DNA of 63,777 nt, the filler included, from Saprolegnia diclina VS20 (taxonomy: Eukaryota), in the NCBI RefSeq assembly GCF_000281045.1. It is 10 parts of 2 records of this genome, joined end to end, with 100 filler letters (N's around TTAATTAATTAA, not from the genome) between each part and the next. Parts side by side here need not be neighbours in the genome. Positions count along the whole stretch, not along the records: positions 47,266 to 48,303 come from NW_008246079.1; positions 48,404 to 54,886 come from NW_008246079.1; positions 54,987 to 56,283 come from NW_008246079.1; positions 56,384 to 60,871 come from NW_008246079.1; 6 more parts are not named here. One strand, given 5' to 3'. Below, in pieces: positions 47,641 to 58,924 of the stretch (its first letter is position 1; each line of letters begins with the position of its first letter). A program made the translations under genes and the position numbers. The notes beneath the pieces were generated by a model, which saw only the letters and a program-made list of their open reading frames with translations, searched no databases and was not told the origin of the DNA.

Positions 47641-49359
47641 CTAGTTAACGCACGAGCCGCGGCTATGTGCGTACGCCATGCGTGGATCCAAGCGCTTGGT
47701 GGTCGCTGGCTGAAGCTCGCTTTTCGCAATCTCGCCAAACACGTTGGGGCCAACGCAGCGCAGCCAGGGAGGCGTCAAGGCGAGGAGCAGCGTGTATACG
47801 CTAAGTAGGAGGAACGTCGGCTCGTCTGTCTTGGCAACAGCTCGGACGTAAATGACGTTGCTGGGCTGCACCGTCACACTGGCGTAGCCCATGCGGGCTT
47901 GCATGCTCGGCTTGCAGAAGAGGCGGTTGCCAATCTTGATGGCTTCGTGCTTGTCGAGCGGGAGACTCGTAAACCAGTGGGGTAGCCCGCACGCCATCAT
48001 GAACGCACTGTCTTTTGTCCACGACGCATCGAGGAGCCAGCGGCGTTGGTAGTAACGGAGCTGGGCGCTGGCCACGACACTGCCAAACGCAATACACAGA
48101 AAGACGGACAGCAGAATCGAGGGCAGCAAGTTGCTCACCGTGGTCGCGACGCCAGCTGTATTGTAGGCGCCACACGGGTACGCCGTGCCGTTGAGGTGCA
48201 TTAGCGTCGTGGGTGCCCCCGTGTAAAAGAGGTTGCTCAATCGCTCGTACGACCCGGTAACACTCAAGGCGATCGCGGGTATCGCCGTGTAGAGGAAGGT
48301 CGCNNNNNNNNNNNNNNNNNNNNNNNNNNNNNNNNNNNNNNNNNNNNTTAATTAATTAANNNNNNNNNNNNNNNNNNNNNNNNNNNNNNNNNNNNNNNNN
48401 NNNAGACCGGCCGTAGCTTGAAAGAGAAGGAGCTCTGTTGCGTGGGCGACGCGGTGGCCACACGCCCAGCCCGTGACGACACTCTTCCCGAGTTGCCGGC
48501 CCGTGCTCCAGCCCGCTTGGCCCTCTAGATGGCCGTCGAGAACGATCACTTGCGAGATGCAGTAGCCTTGGACGAGGTACCGATTCCCAAGCGGGTGCGA
48601 ATTTAAAACCGAGTTGATGCCGGTCTCGTAGTGCTGGGTCGACCCGTCGCGCCCCACGAGCACCCGCGTAATGTTGGCGACCACCGTGTTGCTGGTGCCA
48701 TCGGTGTTCCAATACGTTGTCGCCTCGTGCATGCTTGCGTCCCCAAACATCGAGAGGAGATACGCACCGTCCGGGTAGACAGTATCGAGGTTGGCGGCCT
48801 CGACCATCGCAATGCCAGCGATGAGCTGGCTCCCGTTGCTCGGGTTGCAGCTCGGAAAGTCGTCATAGCCGCCGATAAACTGGAGGGCGACCCACCCGAC
48901 GTCCGGTGTCCCGCCCACCAAGCACGTCGTGACCTTGATTGGGCTGGTGCTGTCCGCTTGCCACGTCATTGCGAGCTGGGCACCGATGGCGGTCCAGGCT
49001 GCTACCGTCTCGGTCGTATTGACTTCGATCGGCGAACACGAAGTGTTGACAAACCCATCGGTACCGAGCTCGCACGAGGCGCCATAGTCGGCCCAGTAGT
49101 CGGTGTTGTCTTGGTAATACCACGTGATGACGAGCCGGTTGAACATGCCTTCGGACAGCAAGACGCCCATCGTGATGAGCGAGATGAGGATGACGGCCGC
49201 TGCGAGTAGGTTGGAGAGAATACGAATGTACACGCGGTACTGGCGGCTGCGCGAGGCAGACGAGGACGGGAGCTTGTTGGTCGTGCCGATGCGGGACGAT
49301 AACACGATGGCCGTCATCGTGCGCGGGAAGAAGCTGGCGGCGCTGGCGATCCGCGACAT
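47641..49359 (-). CDS. Uncharacterised transmembrane protein, split by linker gap 48304-48403
   Basis: N-terminal ORF with a TM helix and a Cys-containing ectodomain, and a C-terminal ORF with a TM helix and WFTSLPLD...IKIGNRLFCKPS ending in GSCVN*. Both are on the same strand; the join is inferred. Confidence 0.65.
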
Positions 49360-49804
49360 GCTAGCGACAAGGCGTGAAATCCACTTTGGACGTTGGGCAT
49401 CGACGTAGGCCACGTAAGCAATCAAGTTTTAAACACTCTGTCAACGTTGTCGGTTGACGTGGCCAAACGGACTGCGAACGGGTTCATTTTCTCACACTAA
49501 CGCATACGACAACCTCCCTCGCGCAAAGACCCTGATATCTCACCCCAACAACTTACAAATTTACGGTCAAAACGCCTTCAACTCCGAAATTTCGCCTCAT
49601 AGAAAACGAGTGGTTCAATGGAAACGGTGGCGCCCACCAACACGCATCGCTGCGCTTGACCTCACCGAGCATCGCGATTCTCGGCAACGAAGCGCTGCTG
49701 GAACGGCGGTGAGAGTCGCCGTCTTCCTTATCCGGATGATGCAGACTATCCGGATGATGGGCAAAGCACTTGATTGATAAGACTCGCCGCCAACCTTGTC
49801 GAGG

Positions 49805-49854
49805 ACCCAGTTCAAGGGATATAAAATACAAGTTTTATATCCCTTGACGCAGTT
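49805..49854. mobile_element. 34-bp micro-MITE with 14-bp TIRs and 8-bp TSD
   Basis: ACCCAGTT [CAAGGGATATAAAA TACAAG TTTTATATCCCTTG] ACGCAGTT; element at 49813-49846. Confidence 0.7.
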
Positions 49855-50036
49855 CCCCAACCACTGCTCCTATTATCTCTCATGCCAGACGTGCGAGCGT
49901 GCTTGCTCAACAGTTGCAAGCTACCTTCTAGCGCTCATGGCTCGTTCGAGTGGCGCCATTGAAATAGCAAGTCATTGTCTATCAAGCACCGTGTCATTTA
50001 CTACTCTCTTGCAAGACGTCTTGCGGGACCGTTGGC

Positions 50037-52502
50037 TCATCGGGCCATTTTCGTGGCCACGGTCATATCGACGTACGACATGCGACACGCGCCAAAGAGG
50101 CGCTCGGGCAGCTCCTGGCTCTGCCGCCCCTCGATGAGGAAGCCCATGTCAATCACGAGCTTCTTCGTGTAGCCGAGCACGAGGCCCGTGACGCGGTTGG
50201 CGACCGCGCTGCTCGTAATGTCGACGTCGAGCTCAAAGTACTTGTCCGTTTTGAAGTACGGCTGTCGCAACTTGGTGCCAATGATGGCCGGCGTCGACCC
50301 GACCGCTTGTCGGACCATAAAGTTGCCTTCGACGATGCACGGAATGAGCTTGAAGCGCTCGTTGCGGTATTCGTCCGTCCTAAATACATGAAAAATACGT
50401 GGAAATAAGTGAAAAATACACCAACTATACCCGTCAAGAAAATCGTTCATGAGCTCGGCAAACGGCGAGCCGTCCGCGAGCACGCTTTGGTCCACCACTT
50501 GGTAGTAGAGGACGAGCGAGTAGCGCGGCGACCCCGGCAAGAGCAGGTTGATTGCAAACACAAACCCGTCAATCGACTGCGTTTGGACGAGGTTGTCGGG
50601 CCGCGCGCAAATGTTCTCGATCGAAACAGCCCCCGTGTCAAAGAGGTCGCAGGCCACGAGCTGAAAGGCGGGCGGCGCCGACGCGACCTTGCGCTTGTCG
50701 TTGTGGTAGTCGGGACCGCGCACCTAGCGTCCAACACACCAAATTACTTCAAAATATCCCGAAAACAAGGATCATTCGTACCATAAACAGTCCCGGCGGC
50801 GGCTCGCTCCACATTTCGCTGGGCAGCGTGCATGGCAAAAGCGGTGCGCGGGCAACAGGCGCTGGCGCCGGTGCGGCGGGTCCCTCGGATGTCGGCTCAC
50901 CAGGTCGCACGTCGTCGTCGCCGTGGAGCACATCGGCGAGCGTGAGCATGTTGTACTGGCGGGCTTCCATGGCTTCTTCGAGCCCGACAAGCGCAAAGAT
51001 CTGCGGCTTGATGTAGTGGAAGAGGAGGTCGAGTCGACGCAGAAAGACGCCAAAGAGACTAGACACCGAGTGTGAATCATTCAAGACAACTACGTGGCAA
51101 ACCCTTGGGGATTCATGTGGATGACAAAGGTCACGAGCGACGTGGGCTCTTCCAGCGTATTGGCGTTGGTTGGCGGCGCGACCGTAAAGCCACCGCCTAT
51201 TGCACCGACAATGTTTCAAAAAAGTTTCAAAAAAGTTTCAAATATGGCAAAATGGCAAAAATGGTAGGAAAAATACCGTGGCAGAGGGCGCGCGTGCTGT
51301 CCGAGACTTGGCACTCGGAGTGCACAGCGCTTTGCATGCAAATCACATACGAGCCATCTTCCGTCTCGCGCCAGTACCGCAGCAAGCACACGTCGCAGCC
51401 CGGCAACCACCTAATATGCACAGCAAAATCAACATAAATCGATCGACAAAGAATACCTACATGGGCCAGATCCACACGGGCTTGTAGACGACGTGGAGGA
51501 TGTCCGAGTGCGAGTCGATCGTCTGCAGCACGCGGACGCTCTGCACCGACGCGTCCCACCTATATAACGCACGTCTTTTCTCTGAACCATTGAGAGATTG
51601 AGGGTACATGACGCGGGCGTCCGTGTCCATGAGCAGGTTGAAGACCTCGGTTGGAGTGCCAGGAATCACGCGCGTGGCCTTGAAGCTGGGCACGTCGGCG
51701 CTGTGCAGCGCGTGCCCCGACTTGGTCCAAAAGGTAAATGCGGCCGCGAGAAGCGAAAATACAAACACCGTTAGCATCGACGTGCCCCCAATGCCGCCTG
51801 TGTTGGCACATATGTCATGCGTTGAGCGTCGACGATGGACGTACCGGCGATCGCGGCAATGACGCTGGCGCTGAGCGTCGAGACGAGCATGCTGTTGAGC
51901 TGCTGCCAGCTCTGGCACTCTTGGCCCGCAAAGCCATGCGTGTGCTTGGCCGAGTTGAACTGCTCGTAGTAAATCTGCATGCCGCCGAGGACGCTGAGCA
52001 CGTTGTACGTGCCGCTAAACATGGGCCATTTGCGGTCCATCTTCTCGAGGAGGATCTGGCGACCCTTGTCGTGCTGCGGCAGCGCAGCGATCGACGCGGA
52101 CGAAGCGCGCTCCTTGGGCGAGCGCACGCCGCCAAGCGTCTCACCCGGCAGCTGGATCGCTTGGATGATCGCATTGCGCCACACGTTGGCGAGCTCGCGC
52201 GACTCGCAGCCGACCATGAGACCGCTCTCGTGGCCGACGCCATGATGGTGCACGACGGTCGAGGAGGGCGTGTGGTGTCCGCCATGCGGCGCGATCGTAA
52301 AGCAGTAGAGCGACTTGGACCCGCCCTTCTTGCGCAGCTCGATGGACGAGACGCTGGCGTCGGGCCCGAGCTCGAGGATGCCCCGCGTCTGGAGGTCGCC
52401 GGCCTTGGAGAAGTAGGCGAGCGTGCAGTCCTTCAGCACGAAGTAGCGCTCGTGCCACGAGCTCACGAGCATGCGCCCGCGCTTCCACAGGACGCCCTCC
52501 AT
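50037..52502 (-). CDS. EDR2-like protein: PH + START + EDR2_C (DUF1336), 7 introns
   Basis: PH domain MEGVLWKRG...RYFVL...W..AI; START domain CLLRYWRETEDGSYVICMQSAVHSEC...GGFTVAP; C-terminal FMVRGPDY...RNERFKLIP...YFELDVDI...ELPERLFG. Confidence 0.9.
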
Positions 52503-52925
52503 GCTTGTTCGAAACGTCAAGATGATGCGTTTTTATAAAATACGCGACTAAAAACACCGCTATTAATATTACATGTGCAATATATATTTGTAGCCCTCAA
52601 TATAGAATATGTATTGGCGACACCCAGGGCGACACCGCAGCTACTTGCGCACCCAAGGAACGAGCCAGAACTTGTACTGAGCTTGATGGGCATCGCGCGA
52701 TGGCCCAAGTCTATCCATAGAGTCTATCCACGACGTCGATAGCGTTGATACGCTGGATAGTATCGGATTGGATAGTCGACAGCGTGGACGGTGGATTACG
52801 GAAAGCCTTTGCCTTTGCACACCACACAGAATCCCACAACGGACAAGAACAAGGGACGCAAATAGTGTCTATTGAGTACATTTGTAGTCTTGCTACGCAC
52901 TTGAGGCCGTTCTGAAGGCAATAGC

Positions 52926-53495
52926 TTACACCATGTAGCCCGGCAGCGTGTCCTTGGGCCCGAACGCGCACGTGCCCTTGTCGTACGCGTGGACCTGCGT
53001 CGCCATTTGTGCGATCGCGCAGCAGTTGCAAAAGAAGCCGCAAAGGCAGTCGACGAGGCAGTTGCCCGGAATCTGGAGCTTGGTGCGGACAATATTGCGC
53101 ACAATCATGACACAAATACCGCACGCAAGGGCCGTGCTGGTCGAAGCGATTGCCCAGCCGCGGTTGTCGCTGTCGTAGACGTTGCCTTGGCTTGTGTACG
53201 TTGCGTACTGTCCGGCGACCACCGACGACGCATACGTGGCCGTGTAGACAAGACCGAAAAGAACGAGCGCAGTGGCGTACGCACCAAAGCCAATACGGTG
53301 GACAATTTGTGCGAGCGAGACGCACGGGCACCAATAAGCCATGCAGCAGTTGGGCATGACGTCGGTGAAGCAGTCGAAGATACCCGCCTTCCACTGGCCG
53401 ACGACGAGGTTGTTGGCGTCGACTTTCATGCCTTCGGGAACAGTCGTCGTCGTGACCGTCTTGGTCGTAGCGGAGGTGGGCGGGGCAGAGACCAT
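52926..53495 (-). CDS. PLAC8 family Cys-rich membrane protein
   Basis: WKAGIFDCF...CCMAYWCPCVSLAQ...IPGNCLVDCLCGFFCNCCAIAQM. Confidence 0.92.
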   Translation of the reverse strand: MVSAPPTSATTKTVTTTTVPEGMKVDANNLVVGQWKAGIFDCFTDVMPNCCMAYWCPCVSLAQIVHRIGFGAYATALVLFGLVYTATYASSVVAGQYATYTSQGNVYDSDNRGWAIASTSTALACGICVMIVRNIVRTKLQIPGNCLVDCLCGFFCNCCAIAQMATQVHAYDKGTCAFGPKDTLPGYMV

Positions 53496-54475
53496 GTTGG
53501 AGATGTGCGTACGCGAAGGTAAAATCAAAGATGACCGGCAGCGATGAAGGAAGACTTATGCGAGCACGAATGATGACACTACGATGAGCATGTCCCTCCA
53601 AGGCAATATACATATTCCAGTCGTCACCTGGTATGCGAGCTGCCATGTAGCGTCAACCCAAACGCACTCTGGTCTCGCAGAATTCTGCTGCGGAACGTCC
53701 GCACAATTGCGTCAGGGCGACAACACACCAGAATCGTGATATCAGTGCTCTTGTGCAGCACGTTGAGAGGCATGTAGATACCCCGTGATGCGTGGATACC
53801 GGTGGAAGATGCATGTACAGTAGTGTCATACAACAAGGCTTCCGTCGCGACCCCTGCAACGCCGGCTCTTGCCCATCTGGTGGTCGTTGGACTCGGTCAT
53901 GTCCGAAACCAACACTCTAAATTCGAGCGTGCGTCGAGAGCGGTCCATTTCAGAATGTTGGTCAACAGGTTCTCGCATGGACAGCGTCCAGCAACGAGCC
54001 ATGATGTGCCAGGCGTTTGTCAGCAGTGAAATGCAGTCACAGCAACGTTTAGTCGACTAACAATGAGACACGCGTGCACTGGTCGCTTCTCAAGTAACGT
54101 TAACATGTAGACAGTAGGCACTGCTCCGAAGAGCGTGCCTTTCCCACGCCTCCTGTGGCACTCGACCCGTCGGCTATATTGCGCACTTGTTCGCGCCAAG
54201 GATCACCAGGTCCTTGGCTGCGCGGCATGGTGGCACAAAGCAACGCAGCTATCGGTGGTAGGAAAGCTACAGTAGATATCTAAGCTGTATCCGCGGACGC
54301 TGGAACGAGGAAAGGTACGAGGGATGTACCAGACCTACCACCTGGTGCAAACCATATTCCAGCTGGAAACGTCGTCTCACCACACTTCATTGAATCAAAC
54401 AAAAACAACGTTATCACACTTTGGTCAGCAAAAGTAGCTCATTTTGCATTCTGCGCCGACCAATCCACGACAGCA

Positions 54476-54886
54476 ATGAGCCAGCAACAATCCATGACGA
54501 CTGCTTACGAGATCCAACCCACGCCGACGGTCAAGCTAACGACGATTGTTCCCGACGGCATGGAGGTCGACGCCAACAACCTAGTCGTCGGCCAGTGGGA
54601 GGCCGGTATCTGCGGCTGCTTCACCGACTGTGTGCCCAACTGCTGCATGGCCTACTGGTGCCCGTGCGTCTCGCTCGCTCAGATCGGACACCGCATCGGT
54701 CTTGGCTCGTACATGACGGGTCTTTTCGTCTTTGGCCTTGTCTACATTGTGGCGTACATCACGTCGGGCGTCTCGGGGCAGTACGCCACGTACACCAACG
54801 GCGGCTACATCTACGACACACAATACCGCTACTGGGCGATTGTTGCAAGCAGCGCTAGCTTTGCGTGCGGCATTTGTGTCATGATT
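54476..54886 (+). CDS. PLAC8 family protein, truncated by gap
   Basis: WEAGICGCFTDCVPNCCMAYWCPCVSLAQ; close paralog of the divergently oriented gene at 52926. Confidence 0.88.
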
Positions 54887-54986
54887 NNNNNNNNNNNNNN
54901 NNNNNNNNNNNNNNNNNNNNNNNNNNNNNNTTAATTAATTAANNNNNNNNNNNNNNNNNNNNNNNNNNNNNNNNNNNNNNNNNNNN

Positions 54987-55811
54987 ATTCTCTCGACCGA
55001 CTTTCTCCTCTTGTACGTTACCTTTGGTGCGACCGCGACCGCGGGCCTCATCACTATTGAGCTGCGTGTCCCCGGCGACGAAGTCGGCAACCTCAAGTCG
55101 TGGTATCCCGCTCTCACAGACGATGCGGCGAGAGCATTCCTTGTCACGGGCGTTCTCGTCAACTGGGTCGGCCGCCTTCTCTACCCAATGGTCTCGGACG
55201 TCCTCATCCGAGTGCTGTACGCCAACCCCGCCGCCGCGCGTAAGGTGTGTCTCTGGCTTCTCGTGCTTGCGCAAGCGCTCGCGCTCGGCGTCGGCTTGAA
55301 CAGTCCGCAGTTGGAGACGGACTTTTACGTCTTTTCGCATACGAACTACGTGCTGCGCTTTGCGACGGGCGGCGGCGCGTCGACAATCATCTGCCTCCTC
55401 ACCGACATGTACGGCGTCTACAACGTCGGGACGATGTACGGCTTGATCATCACGAGCTGGTCCATCGGCATGGTCATCGTCGGCGTGTCGTTTGCGGGCG
55501 AAAAGCAAGTCTTCTTGCGCCAGCTCGACGCGCTTTGGGTCTTGGCGATCGCCGGCAGCGTCTTCATGCTCTTTGTACGCACCAACTCAAAAGATCGGTT
55601 CTTCCGCGGCTACCAGCTCACGATCTGGAACAGAGTATGGATTCAGTGGCCGATGGCATCGACGTCCAGCCATATACTACAGCACGCCGACGACGAGGAC
55701 TACCACGACATGGTCTTGCTGTCGCCAGACAACGGGTCGTCCTTCATGTGGAGCTCGGAATCTGAAATGGACTTGCCGCATCGGTCAACGGCAAGAGTGC
55801 AAACAGTCTAA
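54987..55811 (+). CDS. MFS transporter (oxalate/formate antiporter-like), 3' half
   Basis: Frame open from the gap. Motifs NWVGRLLYPMVSD and GGGASTIICLLTDMYGVYNVGTMYG, with six TM helices. Confidence 0.8.
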   Translation: MLSTDFLLLYVTFGATATAGLITIELRVPGDEVGNLKSWYPALTDDAARAFLVTGVLVNWVGRLLYPMVSDVLIRVLYANPAAARKVCLWLLVLAQALALGVGLNSPQLETDFYVFSHTNYVLRFATGGGASTIICLLTDMYGVYNVGTMYGLIITSWSIGMVIVGVSFAGEKQVFLRQLDALWVLAIAGSVFMLFVRTNSKDRFFRGYQLTIWNRVWIQWPMASTSSHILQHADDEDYHDMVLLSPDNGSSFMWSSESEMDLPHRSTARVQTV

Positions 55812-55932
55812 ATACGAACGAATCAAGTATCTTATAGCAACCCTCCAGAATCTCGAAAGCGGCTGCCTGTTTCCATAGAGTGGCTGCTACTTATATCTAT
55901 CTAATAGTGGACACAATAGTCTAGAGTACTAC

Positions 55933-55970
55933 GGCGGGACCAGGGGTAAATATGTACCCATGGACGGGAC
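55933..55970. mobile_element. 22-bp imperfect palindrome with 8-bp TSD
   Basis: GGCGGGAC [CAGGGGTAAAT ATGTACCCATG] GACGGGAC; element at 55941-55962 with arms matching 9/11. Confidence 0.5.
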
Positions 55971-56383
55971 GCCGTTGCAATAGCAGCCAAAATTTTACAT
56001 TTTTTAGATTTCATCAAATTAGACAGGGCTATGGTTTCTGTGCCAGTAGAGCTCTGCTTGTTGTGAGGTTATGGAGTTTATACTCGCGACCTGTAGTTAT
56101 CCATATTCACATAGACAAGTAACGAGTTGTTGGAGGCTCGTTTGGTCGCACGCTGGGACCTTGGAGTTTCATCGCAGCGGAACGTGCCACGTCACTTGGA
56201 CCGGATATATCATTTCTTATTATCCGAAAATCATTTCGCGCTATTTTTTAGGCCTTTGGCTTGCAGGATCGATCATGGGCCATNNNNNNNNNNNNNNNNN
56301 NNNNNNNNNNNNNNNNNNNNNNNNNNNTTAATTAATTAANNNNNNNNNNNNNNNNNNNNNNNNNNNNNNNNNNNNNNNNNNNN

Positions 56384-56758
56384 AGCGGGCTGTTCTCGCT
56401 GCGTGGGAGCGTGCAGCTGCGCATCTAAATCGTTTGTACGTGTACCCCTATCCGTTCTTAGAGCTTATCCGGTGGACAGCATCACCGATGACTGCGCTGC
56501 CGCCGAGAACTCTGTACGCCCACTGGCATCGGCGCTCCAGCGCGCGTTCCCGAGCCAAAAAAACACGGTCCTCGAGTTCTCCAGATATAGATTATGTACC
56601 GGCAAACCCACGGCCGCGCCCAAAGATCGGGTAAAGTTGCTGCTTCTGGTTTCGACCGCCGACTCGACAACAAGCGACTTGGCATGTGGTATCTGCATGT
56701 GGTCAACTTCAATCAAGGGAATATTCCCTTGACTTCAATTTGCGCTGTGAAAAGGTGA
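56384..56758. repeat. About 375-bp non-coding direct repeat of 60378-60752
   Basis: Both start AGCGGGCTGTTCTCGCTGCG and end GCTGTGAAAAGGTGA, with scattered substitutions and small indels. Confidence 0.92.
56706..56739. mobile_element. 18-bp perfect palindrome with perfect 8-bp TSD
   Basis: ACTTCAAT [CAAGGGAATATTCCCTTG] ACTTCAAT. Confidence 0.7.
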
Positions 56759-57226
56759 GATGCTATGACGTAGCGCAACCATTTCACGTCGCGCAGTCGC
56801 CAACCAAGTGCACAACCTCGCAGAGGGACGCAAGGACCGACACAGCAGAGTCTCGTGTCGTTGCACGACATGAGAAACAGCCGCTGCAGTTCAAATACAA
56901 ACAATGTTTCCAAGCAGCATTTTCACACTTTTGCGATATCCTGTTTGACACAGAATCTAAACTGCTGTTTCTGATACAGAATATTGACCACTCGACACAG
57001 CTTTTCATTCGATCCATGCCATCCCCACCGCCTCCGCAAGGGCTCGCATACAATCGTCCTAGTCGTATTAGGCTACTCCACAATGTCACTGCAAGATGAG
57101 GACACTATACACTAAGAAAACTCACCGATTCCCTCCCACAAACAGTCCACAGAGTTGAGAAGAAGCCGAGTTTGAAGAGACACACATTACATTTCTTTTT
57201 ACTTGCGCAGGAGACAACATTGGAGT

Positions 57227-58641
57227 CTAGAGCTTCTTGCCGCTGTAGTACGTCGTGTTGGTGTAGACCATTTGCTGGTACTCGGCCGGGCAGTACGGGA
57301 ACNNNNNNNNNNNNNNNNNNNNNNNNNNNNNNNNNNNNNNNNNNNNNNNNNNNNNNNNNNNNNNNNNNNNNNNNNNNNNNNNNNNNNNNNNNNNNNNNNN
57401 NNNNNNNNNNNNNNNNNNNNNNNNNNNNNNNNNNNNNNNNNNNNNNNNNNNNNNNNNNNNNNNNNNNNNNNNNNNNNNNNNNNNNNNNNNNNNNNNNNNN
57501 NNNNNNNNNNNNNNNNNNNNNNNNNNNNNNNNNNNNNNNNNNNNNNNNNNNNNNNNNNNNNNNNNNNNNNNNNNNNNNNNNNNNNNNNNNNNNNNNNNNN
57601 NNNNNNNNNNNNNNNNNNNNNNNNNNNNNNNNNNNNNNNNNNNNNNNNNNNNNNNNNNNNNNNNNNNNNNNNNNNNNNNNNNNNNNNNNNNNNNNNNNNN
57701 NNNNNNNNNNNNNNNNNNNNNNNNNNNNNNNNNNNNNNNNNNNNNNNNNNNNNNNNNNNNNNNNNNNNNNNNNNNNNNNNNNNNNNNNNNNNNNNNNNNN
57801 NNNNNNNNNNNNNNNNNNNNNNNNNNNNNNNNNNNNNNNNNNNNNNNNNNNNNNNNNNNNNNNNNNNNNNNNNNNNNNNNNNNNNNNNNNNNNNNNNNNN
57901 NNNNNNNNNNNNNNNNNNNNNNNNNNNNNNNNNNNNNNNNNNNNNNNNNNNNNNNNNNNNNNNNNNNNNNNNNNNNNNNNNNNNNNNNNNNNNNNNNNNN
58001 NNNNNNNNNNNNNNNNNNNNNNNNNNNNNNNNNNNNNNNNNNNNNNNNNNNNNNNNNNNNNNNNNNNNNNNNNNNNNNNNNNNNNNNNNNNNNNNNNNNN
58101 NNNNNNNNNNNNNNNNNNNNNNNNNNNNNNNNNNNNNNNNNNNNNNNNNNNNNNNNNNNNNNNNNNNNNNNNNNNNNNNNNNNNNNNNNNNNNNNNNNNN
58201 NNNNNNNNNNNNNNNNNNNNNNNNNNNNNNNNNNNNNNNNNNNNNNNNNNNNNNNNNNGCCATGAGCACGATCCACGTCGAGTCCGGGTACGAGTCGGGG
58301 AAGAGCACCGTGAGGAGCGAGCCGCCGAGCACCAAAAACGCAATCGGCACGAGGAGGCACACGGCCATTTGCGAAATCACGGCCATCCAGCGACCGAGGC
58401 CGCCCATGCACCACTCGCCCATGTCGCCAAACGTCTTGACGTTCTTGGGCGCCACCATCATGACCTTGGAGATGCACACCGTCGCGTACGTGTTGACGGT
58501 CGCCATGAAGATGAGCGCGATCGTCGCCCAGACGTAGCCGGCGCGGGCGTAGTTGCCCGGCATACCCAGCGTGCCAATGCCGTAGACGACGCAGAAGAGC
58601 GAGAAGCACATCTTCATGTCTTCGCCAGTGAGAAACGCCAT
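57227..58641 (-). CDS. Amino acid/auxin permease (AAAP) family, middle in N gap
   Basis: MAFLTGEDMKMCFSLFCVVYGIGTLGMPGNYARAG...TFGDMGEW; C-terminus FPYCPAEYQQMVYTNTTYYSGKKL*. Confidence 0.87.
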
Positions 58642-58734
58642 CCTGAGCTTGAGCAGAGCGAGGCGAATTGGTTAATGATCAGACTGCTGACGCCGGCGTA
58701 CACGTGCAAGAGCAACGTCTGAGTCGTTGCGGGC

Positions 58735-58924
58735 AAGCCGTGCCACGTGGTGGCGCGGATGTTTGGCCATATCGTGGGTATGCATCCGGATTCGGCCAAT
58801 CGGCGGGCGACCTTGCAGTGGCACCTATCCCTAACGACGTTTGATTGGCTGAATCACCTTTTCACAGCCCAAATTGAAGTTGACCACATGCAGATACCAC
58901 ATGCCAAGTCGCTTGTTGTCGAAG
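58735..58924. repeat. Inverted copy of 60656-60871, upstream of the AAAP gene, with CCAAT boxes
   Basis: The reverse complement aligns almost perfectly except for the absence of the 18-bp palindrome and one TSD copy. Confidence 0.9.

Noticed and set aside
51198..51276. GTTTCAAAAAA and ATGGCAAAA short tandem repeats
   Set aside because: Lie inside an EDR2-like intron; simple slippage.
57105..58722. 400-500 aa ORFs in several frames
   Set aside because: Artefacts of translating through about 950 N bases.
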